Below are positions 1 to 12,599 of a stretch of DNA of 64,000 nt, in pieces. The stretch spans positions 156,488,001 through 156,552,000 of the forward strand of contig NC_043000.1 in NCBI RefSeq assembly GCF_006345805.1. The letters run 5' to 3'. Numbering within the stretch: position 1 is the stretch's first letter; every line of letters begins with the position of its first letter. This stretch comes from Octopus sinensis. Taxonomy: Eukaryota. The position numbers and the translations under genes were made by a program. The notes under the pieces are model-generated. The model was given only the letters and a program-made list of their open reading frames with translations, made no database searches and was not told where the DNA came from.

Positions 1-188
1 GTGTTTGTGTGTGTATGTGCATTATGAATATATTATTATTTGTAATATATTTGTAACGAAAATTCCATTTACTTATTTCAACAAATCTCTTGCTCACAAA
101 GTAAATATGCGACTATTTACATAAAATACTGAATTCTTACAATGTCCCCCTGGAATTGGTCAGTAAGTTAATTAAGCTCTCTTTGTAG

Positions 189-237
189 AATCGAGTTGCC
201 AACGGATTCCTGCGAGACATACAATCCCGTTGTTGAG
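189..237 (+). CDS. Candidate 49-nt internal exon (unconfirmed)
   Basis: Acceptor ctctctttgtag and donor GAG|gtaggt. One frame reads IELPTDSCETYNPVVE. No homology recognised with certainty. Confidence 0.2.
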
Positions 238-340
238 GTAGGTGACAGTATAACAGAAAAATATTTGTACCTGATTTAGGAATGCTCCGCCTATGACTCA
301 GTCAAGTGAAAACAGTTGCATATATTCATATATTTTAGTT

Positions 341-729
341 TGGAGGCGCAATGGCCCAGTGGTTAGGGCAGCGGACTCGCGGTCGTAGGATCGCGGTTTC
401 GATTCCCAGACCGGGCGTTGTGAGTGTTTATTGAGCGAAAACACCTAAAAGCTCCACGAGGCTCCGCCAGGGATGGTGGTGATCCCTGCTGTACTCTTTC
501 ACCACAACTTTCTCTCACTCTTACTTCCTGTTTCTGTTGTACCTGTATTTCAAAGGGCCGGCCTTGTCACTCTCTGTGTCACGCTGAATATCCCCGAGAA
601 CTACGTTAAGGGTACACGTGTCTGTGGAGTGCTCAGCCACTTACACGTTAATTTCACGAGCAGGCTGTTCCGTTGATCGGATCAACCGGAACCCTCATCG
701 TCGTAACCGGCGGAGTGCTTCCATTCCAC
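341..729 (+). mobile_element. tRNA-derived SINE, family S1
   Basis: tRNA-like head with A box (tggcccagtgg) and B box (gtttcgattcc). Near-identical to 41931-42322 and 46368-46750. Flanked by direct repeat atattttagt (330-339 and 730-739). Confidence 0.9.
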
Positions 730-814
730 ATATTTTAGTGCAGCAAGATGTAGGGGATCGATTCTAGTAATCGCTTCTGGGTTTATTGTTATATTTTTTT
801 TATATATTTTTATT

Positions 815-1215
815 AGTTTCAGCTCGAGGGTTGTGGTCATGCTGGGGTACCGCCAAGTGGTGTTATCACACCTTCATTAATCCTCCTTTAATAGTTGGTT
901 TTTGATGAATGAAGGTGATTGATGCTGCTGCCCTCATTCTCACTTTCTGCCGTGAAGTTGGCTTATTTGGGACAGTAGAAAATCCAGTTTAGTCTTGAAG
1001 TCACCTACATCCACAACATGTAGGTCTCTCAGCTCGTTCAGGGGGATATTGAAGAGCTGTGGGTCCTTGAATCCCAAGCTATTGCAGTATCTAGCCCTGT
1101 TTTTTGACAGCAGGGAAGGAATTTTAGGCACTATGCAATGGCGTCCTGTCCTGGAGTTTGTATAACTTCCAACGCTAAAGTTTAGGAAAATCCTACCAAG
1201 ATCTTCCAGATGTAT
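815..1215 (-). mobile_element. CR1-group LINE 3' end (RT C-terminus plus 3' UTR)
   Basis: Minus strand reads SRTGRHCIVPKIPS...NSLGFKDPQLFNIPLNELRDLH...FKTKLDFLLSQI, typical of a CR1/L2-group ORF2 end. It is followed by the tail gcggtaccccagcatgaccacaacc...gctgaaac. Confidence 0.8.
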
Positions 1216-1289
1216 ATTATTTGTTTTTATAACACATGGTTTCTTTTATTTTTATTTTTTTAATCTTTTACTTCTCTTAGTGGACGGCG

Positions 1290-1660
1290 GTCAAACCGGG
1301 GTACCACCTCGAAGGGTTTAGTCGAGTTTAGTATTTTGTTTTGTTAAGCTCTACATGTTCTGTTGACTCCTTTTTGCTGAACCGCTAAGTTACAGGCACC
1401 CAAACAAACCAACACCGGTTTTCAAGCGGTTGTGGGAGACAAAACACAAAGGCACACAAGTTCACACACGCAACACATACACATGTATGTATATACATAT
1501 ATACAATTGGCTTCCATACAGTTTCCATTTACCAAATTCACTCAGAAGCCATTGGTCGGCCTAGGGCTATAATAGAAATCTCATTTCCTATTTTGGCGCA
1601 AGGAGATTGAACCCGAAATCATGTGATTGCAAAGTGAGTTCCTTAATCACATAGCCATGC
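1290..1660 (-). mobile_element. Diverged SINE, family S3
   Basis: Degenerate S3 blocks: gaaccgctaagttac, accaaattcactc, gattgaacccgaaatcatgtg. Confidence 0.6.
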
Positions 1661-2207
1661 CTCTTTACAAATATATGCTCTCCATTACTGCAGCTCTTCT
1701 TTTATAATTCCATTCACATCTAGGATCCATTGCAAGAACATAACACCAATACTTGACGTATACTGTATTTTACCGATTCCAGAAGAAACACAGGCAAAGT
1801 TGATATTAGCACCATGGAAACTAAAAATATAAAAAGATATCAACTAAACAGTGCTGGCAATTTGTCTCACGCTCAACAGTTCCGGCTTCGCCAACTGTTA
1901 TGTAAATTAGACAAACCGGTTTAGTTACGTAGTTAGTATACACTATAGTTATGTAGTTCGTATACACTATAAATAGTTATAAGTTTAATTCTCTCCATGG
2001 AAAAAAATTAGTAATTGCTCCCTAATGAGGATGTAACAAAATGCGAAACTAGTCAAAATCAATATATTTTCCTATTCACGAACTCATAAAACTATGATGT
2101 AACCACTTTACTTATTGTTCACAGCGAGGTTAAATGGTATGCTTACTAAAGAGGTTTAATTTACATGTTAAATAATTTATGTGTGCATGCGCACGCGCGT
2201 GCAATAA

Positions 2208-2416
2208 ATGCGAGGGGCTTTTTCCGTCCGGGTTGCGGATCCGTGGAATAAGCTGCCGGACGAGATAGTGAAGATGCCGACGACCGCTTGGTTCAAATCC
2301 CTTGACCACAAATGGCCTGAACTCTTTTCATGAACACCACCCTGTACATAACTCCATGTCCCCCTACATGGCCTTGCTTTTTGCTTTTTGAGCCAAAAAA
2401 TTAACTTAACTTAACT
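2208..2416 (+). mobile_element. CR1-group LINE 3' terminal fragment
   Basis: Reads RGAFSVRVADPWNKLPDEIVKMPTTAWFKSLDHKWPELFS*, then a UTR ending in (ttaac)n. Confidence 0.7.
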
Positions 2417-2479
2417 ATATATGTATTGTATAAAAGCACACACACATGTATATATGTAATCACTATACATTTTTTCTCC

Positions 2480-2680
2480 CTCCGTTTTTTTGGGTTCGCT
2501 CTCAGTTTTTTTTTGGTTCGCTCTCCGTTTTTCTTTGCCTCTCAATCCTTTCTGTCGAAAAGCGTAGGCGCGAAACATTAAAGACTCTTCCATTCTTCCC
2601 GGGCGTTAAACTAATACACTTGCATCTTGTTTCTTCACTTGTCTTCGTCTTTTGTTTTCTTGAAAGCTTATCAAGTGTTT
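2480..2680 (+). mobile_element. Penelope-like pLTR module, family A, with decayed minimal HHR (2547-2584)
   Basis: ccttt-CTGTCGA-aaagcgtaggcgc-GAAAC-ATT-aaaga. Homologous to the copies at 21150 and 53050. Confidence 0.55.
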
Positions 2681-3320
2681 GTTGGACTGCTATGAGTGGT
2701 ATCCACTACCACCCATAGCAGTCCAACAAACACACCCTGGCAGCAAACAACATGAATTTGCCAATTGCTGCAAAATTCAAACCAAGACGGACGGACGGGA
2801 TGGTTTTGAAGTCGACAATTTTAAACTAACGGAGACAACACTTGAAAACAACTGGATTTCATTATGCAAACAAACAGTTGCATAATCAAATACCTGTATT
2901 TTTGGAGAACCACGTTGTGAGGAAACAACTGTAGTGATTAAAAAATAACTGTTCAATTGTACTCCTCATTGACTCCAATTTCTTCAATTTTATATTCACA
3001 CACGACGAATACACAAACATAAAACTAGAAGCATATAATAATGGTACCGGATAGTATTGGATAACTCTGAGGGTGAACGAGCTTTATACGGTACTCTGCC
3101 ACCTTCCTAATGGAATATACATACCATAACAATATATGGTATTTGCCGTGCCAGATTTAGGTGGCAAATATACTTCAAAATGGCGTGCAGCTACTGTTTA
3201 TATCTCGCTCAGAGATTTATCATTGCTTGTTTCCACTTTTTCCAGATCAGTGACTTTTCGTCGCTGGAAAAAGTATATATTTGCATTGGGAATCACTTTA
3301 CATCGCCAGCCGGTGGTTGT

Positions 3321-3365
3321 CACACGCTGATGACGGGTCAATACTCAGAAACTCGGGTCCGTGTG
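3321..3365 (+). ncRNA. Type I hammerhead ribozyme motif
   Basis: Stem I cacacg/cgtgtg, core CTGATGA, stem II gggt-caat-actc with a C.A closing mismatch, then GAAAC-tcgg-GTC. Confidence 0.8.
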
Positions 3366-3627
3366 TATCACGTCAAACTGGGGATGGTTGTGTGGCGTTC
3401 CAAAATTTTATTTTGGAATTTATGGGAGCAACTGTTTTGAAAAGTCATATTGTCGTTGAATGCTCGAAATGAGGAGTAGATAGACAGCCGACAACTGATG
3501 AAGGGTCGTTCTTTGTGTTACTTGTTCTGTTTTCCGTTTTTTTTTTTTCTCTCGTTGTTTGCGTATTTAACTCATTTCTTTTCGTACTCCATGTTGTTTA
3601 CAGTTGGCGTCCTGTACCTATATATGC

Positions 3628-3674
<47 letters not shown>

Positions 3675-3690
3675 ATATATATTATATATA

Positions 3691-3722
<32 letters not shown>

Positions 3723-3981
3723 GCATATATAGGTACAGGACGCCAACTGTAAACAACATGGAGTACGAAAAGAAATGAGTTAAATACGCAAACAACGAGA
3801 GAAAAAAAAACGGAAAACAGAACAAGTAACACAAAGAACGACCCTTCATCAGTTGTCGGCTGTCTATCTACTCCTCATTTCGAGCATTCAACGACAATAT
3901 GACTTTTCAAAACAGTTGCTCCCATAAATTCCAAAATAAAATTTTGGAACGCCACACAACCATCCCCAGTTTGACGTGATA

Positions 3982-4026
3982 CACACGGACCCGAGTTTCT
4001 GAGTATTGACCCGTCATCAGCGTGTG
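3982..4026 (-). ncRNA. Type I hammerhead ribozyme motif (mirror copy)
   Basis: Exact reverse complement of 3321-3365. Confidence 0.8.
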
Positions 4027-4229
4027 ACAACCACCGGCTGGCGATGTAAAGTGATTCCAATGCAAATATATACTTTTTCCAGCGACGAAAAGTCACTGAT
4101 CTGGAAAAAGTGGAAACAAGCAATGATAAATCTCTGAGCGAGATATAAACAGTAGCTGCACGCCATTTTGAAGTATATTTGCCACCTAAATCTGGCACGG
4201 CAATACCATATATTGTTATGGTATGTTAT

Positions 4230-4277
<48 letters not shown>

Positions 4278-4321
4278 TATATATATATACATATACATAC
4301 ATGCACACACACACACACACA

Positions 4322-4390
<69 letters not shown>

Positions 4391-4756
4391 TATATACATA
4401 CACACTTATGTATATTATTTTTATATACGTATATATTTATATAAATATACATGTAATATACTTACCTATATATATGTTATGTAGCATGTGTGCATGTATG
4501 TGTGCATGTATGTGTGCATGTATGTGTGCCTGTACTTATATAGATACACGTTGAGGTCGACGACAGTCATATGCTATCCCAAAACGGGTATAAATATTGT
4601 TGTCTTTTCCCCACTATACAGTTATTTTAATATAGGTTTTGATGTTCACTGGTTTAAGTATGCTAACATTAACTAAATATTGCTTTTCATGCGGCTGGCA
4701 ACTCTGTATTTAACATGAGTGATTCAGTAATTATTTTTTAAACAACTCAGACAATA

Positions 4757-4796
4757 TATACATACACACACACACATACACATGCACACACACTCA

Positions 4797-4841
<45 letters not shown>

Positions 4842-4862
4842 ACACACTCACACACACACACA
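4757..4862. repeat. (CA)n microsatellite
   Basis: Direct inspection. Confidence 0.95.
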
Positions 4863-4874
4863 TATATATATACG

Positions 4875-5525
4875 TACATATTTACATGCATGCATATATG
4901 GGTACAGGATGTCATAAAACGTAAACAACACGAAATACGAAGACAAACTTTTGTATGCGAACAACGAAAGACACAAATTCGTTTTTTCTCTCTCATCCTT
5001 TCTCTAATATTTTCTCCCCTTCACCGTCTTCTATCTGTCCCTCTTTCTCTCCCTCTTCCTCCTTTACTCTCTCGTTGCTCACACGTGACCAGCGTTCATC
5101 TTTCTTTTCTTTCGGTCTGTGTCACAGACTAGACGAATTCTTGGCTGTCTCCTCTCCTATATTTTCTCCTGTCAAAGATTGTTATTCCAGCGTTCGCTTA
5201 GCGGCCCTCAATATTTGTTTTCACTGTTCTGTTTTTATTACCAACTTTGACCTTCCGCAAATCCCAAATTTTATTTTGGTTCGCCGGAGCAACTGTTTTC
5301 TAGAAGGCACATATTGTGAATTGCTCGAAATGTGGAGTAGATAAACAACCGACGACTGATGAAGTGTCGTTCTTTATGTTACTTGGCTTGTTTTCCATTT
5401 GTCTCTTTCGTTGTTCGCATACAAAAGTTTGTTTTCGTATTCCATGTTTTTGTATTTCGTATTTCATGTTGTTTACGTCTTATGAGGTCCTGTACCCATA
5501 TATGCATGTATATATACATATATAT
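4875..5525. mobile_element. pLTR-like family B module with inverted partial copy (head-to-head)
   Basis: 4875-4980 is an inverted copy of about 5400-5520. Segment 5260-5520 is homologous to 3400-3628 (gctcgaaatg...ctgatgaag...tcctgtacccatatatgca). Confidence 0.7.
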
Positions 5526-5610
5526 CTAAGTATGTACATATATGTAAGTATATATATATATTATTTATAGTATTATATGATTGAACGTCATGCATCCATG
5601 TCGAAGTATG

Positions 5611-5656
<46 letters not shown>

Positions 5657-5679
5657 TGTGTGGGTGGTTTTCTTTTGTG

Positions 5680-5880
5680 TAACTACTCACACGCACGCAC
5701 ACACACACACACACACACGCACGCACACACACACATACACACACATACACTCACACACACAAACACACACACACACACACACACATACACACACATACAC
5801 TCACACACACACATACACACACACACACACACGCACACACTCAAACGCACACACACTCAAACGCACACACACACACACAT
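5680..5880. repeat. (CA)n microsatellite
   Basis: Direct inspection. Confidence 0.95.
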
Positions 5881-7249
5881 TATTTATCTCTTATTTGTTT
5901 CAGTTATTGGACCGTAGCCACGCTGGAGTACCGCTTTGAAGGGTTTTAAGCAAATGAACCAAGTAAGTACTTTTTAAAGCCTAGTACTTATTCTATTAGT
6001 TTCTTTTGCCGAACCGCGACGAATATAAATACAAAGACACACACACACACACACACTTATACATACATGCACACACACGATTGTATCTCTGAGTGAATTT
6101 GTCTGGGAATAAGAAAGAGAAAGAAAGCAAGAGAGAGAGAGAGAGAGATGGCAGGGTGGGGAGAGAGAGAGAGGAGGAGGAGGAGGAGTGACTCTCATTC
6201 GTACATATGCATGAATATTTGCAGCTATCCATGCAGAAGGCACTCATATACACACGTGTATGCATGATTGATAGTTTGCGTAATGAGAGTGACTATATAT
6301 AAATAGCAGACGAAATAGATTATTCACACCTACTAATATACATCACATTCCGATAACTCTAAATAACTAGAATCTATGACGTAAATCGCTCCAGTTCCGG
6401 TGCTCTGTTTGTTTGTTTGTTTATTTATTTTCTCACCTTATTTGTTTGTTTTATTTTTTCTTCTTCTTCAGATTTTCGTAAGAAAATGAAATTATGTTTA
6501 TCATTTCCCGACAAGTTTTGATAAATGGAACAACAGTACAGAAATACTTTGTTTGTCTGTTTTTAAGTCTTCTTTCTTTTCATTTTCTTCTACCTTTTAC
6601 GTAATTTTCTCTAAAGCGACACGCCAAAATTAACGTGTGGGATTTTTAAGCAAACAAACAAACATACAGGTTAGCTACTTATTTAACTAAAGAGAAGTGG
6701 ATTGTGTTTTCATCTTCATTTCTTGTATTTGTCTTGATATTTTTTCTTTAGAAAATGAAATTATTATCTTTCTGGTGAGGTTGGTGGTGAATTGATAAAT
6801 ATAAGGTATGAAAATGCAGCGAAAGTCTATTTTTTTTTACTTTTATCTGTACCCATCAATCATGTTATTACTTTCTATATGTCATGTAATTTCACAAACA
6901 AACTGACATACCAAATCATACTCTATTTTTAAGCTGTTAAACAACAGCAGCAACAATAACGACACGAGCAACAACAACGATAACAGTAAGAAGAGCAACC
7001 GCTACAACAGCTAAACAAGAAATCAAACTCAATAACCTAATAATCGGGCAAAGAAAGAATCAAGCGTGTTAGTAAGTAATCAATCATACTCTGTTCTCAA
7101 GTAGTTGTCGCTTTAAACAGCAACGATGTCGACGACGATGACGACAACAACAACAACAGCAATAAATATAACACTTAACCATTCAATCAAATGTATACCA
7201 TGCTCAACAGGGATTTTGAGGTTGTATTTCCTGTAGAGTACATGCAAAG

Positions 7250-8111
7250 CTGACATCCGAAGATTGCGATTACGATCGAGTTGAAACTCAATTAACTTCG
7301 ATGCATTTACCCAAAGATCTCCCCCTCACCCTTCAAACACCACCCCGTCTCTGCAATTATCGGATCGATGCCATATCGCAACTACCCTCTTACCCACAAC
7401 ACAGCCATATACTTCGCAATTCCTCCACCTCCAACACTATATGGCACTTCAAGTCAGTTGATTTGCCGTCGGTTAGTTCTAAGATAATGAACTTTGGCAG
7501 CACATATGCTTCACTCCTGACTCTTCAGAGGTAGCTAGGCGAATGACTGAAACTATTCATTCCAGCATGCCCTTCCATATAACAGATACGACCAAACCCA
7601 TAGCCTTAATTTACCCAAGTGATGCACTCATAGATGCCCTGAAGCGATCAGCCCAAAACACGATTTACAACGCTTAGACGTCTTTTACCTTGAACGTTAA
7701 ATCTTGTATGGCAATCATCTGAAGTATGAAGGATATCTCTGTGCATCGCATAGTTCAGGTTCCCTCACATCCCAAATGGTATCTGATCATTTGAGCCTTT
7801 TGCCAAAAGCTCTCTGCCAATTGCGGAATCCTCCTTCTTTCCACCTCTCAAAAGCGATGATTCTGTAAGCAGTACTGCTGCATTTGGTACCCGATATAAT
7901 CCAACTTCAAGCTGCACGCACTTGCGAAATCTGTTTCAAAATTTTCTCTTCCGCTTTCACTAGGTTATCGAGGTCCTAAACATAAACGCCAGTCGCTTTA
8001 GATAAGGACATCAACCCTGACAAAGTCCTTCCATTGCCCTCAAACAATGCACTCCAGAGGTTGCCTTCAATTTTACCTAAATCTTCAATCCTTCGCACTC
8101 TCTCCTATTTC

Positions 8112-8147
<36 letters not shown>

Positions 8148-9000
8148 CAGAGATCTATCTGATCATAAGAAATACCTTAAGATATGTCTAATTCCCAATG
8201 ATCATCCAAACGCTCTCACTTCGAACATCTCAACGATGTTGAGGGCAATTATTAACAGTTTTCTCTAACACATTGAATTCACTTCTCTTCCTAATGGCCA
8301 CCAGTATGGCTTTCATAAAGCTAGATCTACTGGCTTTTATGCCACTCATTAGTGATTCCTCGTCTTTGAAAATTTCTGTGAAATCATTGTGCTGGACATG
8401 TGTAACGCATTCGCCCATTTGTCTCTGATAAGAGAACCTACCAGCAAAAAAAAAATAATAAATAAAATAATAATAAAGAAGCCCGCCTATAAGCTTCATC
8501 CGTCTCTCACCTCCTGAATCGAAAGTTTACTACAAGATCGCACTGTCACAACGCTGACACCCGCCCTGGCTCAAACTCCATTAACTCTGGCGTGCCTCAA
8601 AGTTTAATTTTGCTCTCCCACTCATCCTTTTAATACATCAACAACCTACATGCCGTCACCTCCTCCAATACCCACGCCAATGAACATAATACTACTTTCA
8701 TTCCTCATTTGTTTTCCATATTCAAGCGTCATCTATTCGCTACTTTGATAACTCACGCCAGGCTTGCAATGGTTCCATCAACAAAGACTTAGAGAACATC
8801 CTTCCTCTTCAGCAACACAGAAGCATTAGTTCAACACATGAAAAATAAGCAACAGCTTCTGGTTCATCCTCCTAAGCTCGAGAAGTACGAAACTAGATAC
8901 ATCAAGATTGTCACAAATGTTATTTCTCACAATGACGAAGAATCCCTCCTGGTGAGCGCACATCCTCGATATGGCCAAAACCGCACCACAATTTCAGGTT
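7250..9000 (+). mobile_element. Highly decayed APE-type LINE ORF2 (RT relic)
   Basis: Broken frames give ALTSNISTML...HQYGFHKARSTG...VLDMCNAF, INSGVPQSLIL...YINNL and SINKDLENI, matching non-LTR RT motifs. Interrupted by (CT)n near 8110-8148. The 5' boundary is approximate. Confidence 0.7.
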
Positions 9001-9779
9001 AAGTAAATGATTTAGCATTCCCCACTACTAAACTACGAGCCCTCTACAAAATTGAAATAAGGTTCAAAATAGAGCACTGCTCCCCAACTGGGACGATTTT
9101 GCAGATACACATACAATCTGAACCGCATTAAAATAGACTAACCCCACAGGAAGTCACTTATCAACACACTCGAACCTGATGTTCACATTCGACCCTGCTG
9201 TCTTCTCTCCCTACCACTCTTTCTCTCTCTAGCTTCTCTGCAACTAATACAGTGACTTATGTTCTTCAGAGCTGACTAGTCTCTCGTGCCCTCTTGTTAT
9301 ATAGTCACCTAAATTTTATACCTACCTGGCCCATCTTGAAATTGCCCCTCGCCCATATTTTTCTTGCGACCATCAAATTTTTAACTATTTAATAGGAAAG
9401 ACAACTAATTCAATTTTGACCAAAGCAAAAAAGAACCAAGAATGTTTTTTTGGACTAATTTGACGTCTTCTAGGACCAGTTACTTGATTTTATTTGGTTT
9501 TATGGGACCAGCTAACCACACTGCCAGTCCACCAATCAACCGATTGACCAATCTAAGTAATTAAACAAACAACCAGTTAGGAAATCCTCTACTTTTTATT
9601 GCTCGACCACTAAAAATAATAGCCAAGTCTTCTTCACTACAGGCTCTGATATCCTAGGGAAGATCGGATACTGTAATCCTACTTACATTATTTCTAGTAA
9701 AAAAATATTATAGTCTAATGAAAGATTGAAAGCTTTTCATTATGGGTTTTCTCAAATAGGACTGATCAGGAGTTGAACC

Positions 9780-9925
9780 AACCAGCCAATCAACCAACCA
9801 ACGAACCACTAATCAACCAATTAATCAACCAACTCAACAAATCACTTAACAAAACCATCAAGCCAGCTAACCAGTTAACCAACCAACCAACCAACCAACC
9901 AACCAACCAACCAACCATCCATCCA
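9780..9925. repeat. (ACCA)n-like tetranucleotide repeat
   Basis: Direct inspection. Confidence 0.85.
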
Positions 9926-10449
9926 ACAAGTAAATCGACAAACAATGAATGAACTAATAACAAGTCAACCAAACATCACTACAACCATATGATCAAGCAA
10001 CCTACAATCCAATATGCTTGTTCTATTAGCTAGTTCTCACATCATAAGCGGAGGACCTATTAGAAATGTATTCCTAGATAAACAATAGACGCATTTCGCT
10101 GCGGTTATGTTCAGTCCAGAGCTAACGATATGATGGAGACTCTAAGTGTTTTCTTGTTCTGCTATAAACAGCACAGAAATATCCTGTAGAAGCCTCTGTC
10201 TGGTCATTCGGCTTGTAAGAAACAACAGCCAAATGATCCTCATATAACGCAATTAGATAATGTTATCTTAGATACCTTGCCAAAAGATAGAGTGGTCAGT
10301 TGGAACGCCTTTGAAATGAGTAGGTTTTTTTTTCGATCAAGTTTGACTTGGAGTTAAATGACAACACACAACACCACATAAACACCTCAACGTTAGTAAA
10401 TAACAAATACTCTCGTCGCTTTGCCGTCATCTCAACGGTGTTACATAAA

Positions 10450-10683
10450 GGCGGCGAGCTGGCAGAAACGTTAGCACGTCGGGCGAAATGCTTAGCGGTA
10501 TTTCGTCTGCCGTTACGTTGTGAGTTCAAATTCCGCCGAGGTCGACTTTGCCTTTCATCCTTTCGGGGTCGATAAATTAAGTACCAGTTACGCACTGGGG
10601 TCGATGTAATCGACTTAATACCTATGTCTGTCCTTGTTTGTCCCCTCTGCGTTTAGCCCCTTGTGGGTAATAAAAAAATAGGT
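10450..10683 (+). mobile_element. SINE, family S2
   Basis: ggcggcgagctggcagaaacgttagc...gagttcaaattccgccgaggtcgactttgcc, with many copies in the window. Confidence 0.9.
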
Positions 10684-11090
10684 TTTACATACAGCCATCA
10701 TCGTCATCATCACTACCACCGTCGGTACCTCTAACACCACACTTCTAACCATCACTATTACAACCTTCCTAAGCTATAAATACCTTCATCAGTATCACTA
10801 CCACAATCTTCTATAATTATTACCACAAATGTTACAACAATCAACATCTCACCAATACCGCAGCCATCACAGCTTTCCATTGTCCCCCGTCACTCTCTGC
10901 CTCCTCCGACACCCACATGAAAAACATTACTCCACAACCAGGTCCTCAACAACTTCACCACCATCATCATTGCTATGCTCCACATTTACTCCTTAACAAT
11001 AACAAGGTAAACCAGAATTTAAATAATCAATACCACCACTAATAAAACAAATCTGGGCTTACAAGGCAGTCAGATCTCTTTCAAATTACA

Positions 11091-11496
11091 TCTTATCTTT
11101 ATATATAAAAGAGAGGTTGTGTGCTGTCTGTCTCCTACGATTTAGATTCCTAACTACTCCCACATTTTGCGGTGCAGTTTAACCAAAAGCGGGTATCTTA
11201 TAGTCGTGATTCATATCGAGCCTTTCTGGGTATTAGCGCGCGTCTACGATGAGTCTACGATTAAAAAAAAAAATTACCATCATTTTTTTCCATTTTAATG
11301 CATTTTTTCGCTATTATATAAGGGAAGTAACTCTCTAAAAATGTCTACGATGAGTCAACGATTTAAAAAAAAATTACCATCATTTGTTTTCCATTTTTAA
11401 TGCATTTTTTTGCTATAGTTTTGGCTATAAGTCTCTAAAAATGTTTATATAGTTATTTCCCTTACAAACCCGAGCAACGCCGGGCGATACTGCTAG
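11091..11496 (+). mobile_element. Non-autonomous Helitron
   Basis: Starts A|TC. Ends with hairpin cccgagcaacgccggg, then CTAG|T. Has an internal ~115-bp tandem duplication. Sister copies at 46766, 58974 and 63905. Confidence 0.85.
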
Positions 11497-12415
11497 TCCT
11501 ATAATAAAAAGGAAGGGCACATTTTAAAGTATAGTCCTATTTACACAAAAATGCAGGATGGTCACAGTTGTAACGTCTTTGATTTAAAGACCTGAGGCTA
11601 AACACCTGTAATAGAACTTAGACTTTGTTCTAGTAGGACCAAACCTTTGGAGATCCAATTGCCCTATCCCTTTTTCTTTTTATCTAAAGATAGTTTTAAA
11701 AAGGCCATTGATCAAACCCCTGCCACACGTAACATATTTCCTGTTATACCGTATTTTTTATGCTTTTTTCTAGTGCTCTCTTTTTCTATTTATCTTCTTT
11801 CCACTCCTTTTTCGCCTCCCTTTCTTCATCCCCACTTTAGTTTTAATATTTTTGCCGGTGCTGTCACATAGCCAAATTTAATACTCACATAGATAATATC
11901 TTCAGGAAGTTTGGTGTCTTAATTCCTTCTAAGTCTTTCATCATATAATTTCTTTTTGTTTTACCCGACGGATCTTGATGAAGGAACAAATGAGAGAAAA
12001 ATACTTCTAGTAAAAGCACTGGAGATAGTCGTCATGATGGAGTGAACCATTTCAAATCCACTTTTCGTGATGCTTATTAATATTTAAAGAAATGTAAATC
12101 CGATAAATTCTTGCACTGCGTCTACTGCAGAATTCCATAGATGATAAGCACTGAACATTGCAGTAATGGAAACGAGATTAAAAAAAAAAAAAACTGGAAA
12201 TTCTCCTAACCTGACTGGATGAGCTATTTCAGTCGTAGACTTCTTATTAAAGCTAAGAAGTTTTTATAGTTTATTCATAGTGCAGGAGTTCGTAAAGAAT
12301 TTCTATTTTGAAATTGGAGAGATGGGTTACAGCAACCATCAAGGAGTAGTCTATTAAAAGATTTAGTCATCGTCACATACTCCCACTAAACGATGTCTAG
12401 GGTAGTTGCGATAGT

Positions 12416-12472
<57 letters not shown>

Positions 12473-12599
12473 GACAGACAGACAGACAGACAGACAGAGG
12501 GGTGGGGTAAAAACTAATGACACTTTCAATTTTGTTGGTAAATTCAAGTTGTGGCGTTTTTAGCTAAGTCTTTCGTCAAAGCTTTTGTGACTCTTCCAA

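Larger units (their letters stand above)
3120..4225. repeat. ~505-bp inverted repeat around a (TA)n tract (pLTR-like family B, tail-to-tail)
   Basis: 3120-3628 is the reverse complement of 3722-4225. The only differences I found are five homopolymer bases. The spacer 3629-3721 is (TA)n. Confidence 0.95.

Noticed and set aside
141-280. Minus-strand open frame with gtaag donor
   Set aside because: No recognisable homology, and it conflicts with an equally plausible plus-strand exon.
341-420. tRNA-like sequence (also at 26632, 41931, 43620 and 59900)
   Set aside because: These are SINE heads. Each continues into a shared SINE body and lacks a complete cloverleaf.
2022-2054. CTAATGA...GAAACTAGTC hammerhead-like string
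   Set aside because: G5 is mutated and stems I and II do not pair. At most a fossil.
7258-7305. CCGAAGA...GAAAC with a UACG hairpin
   Set aside because: No stem III/NUH or stem I, and it lies at the edge of a LINE relic.
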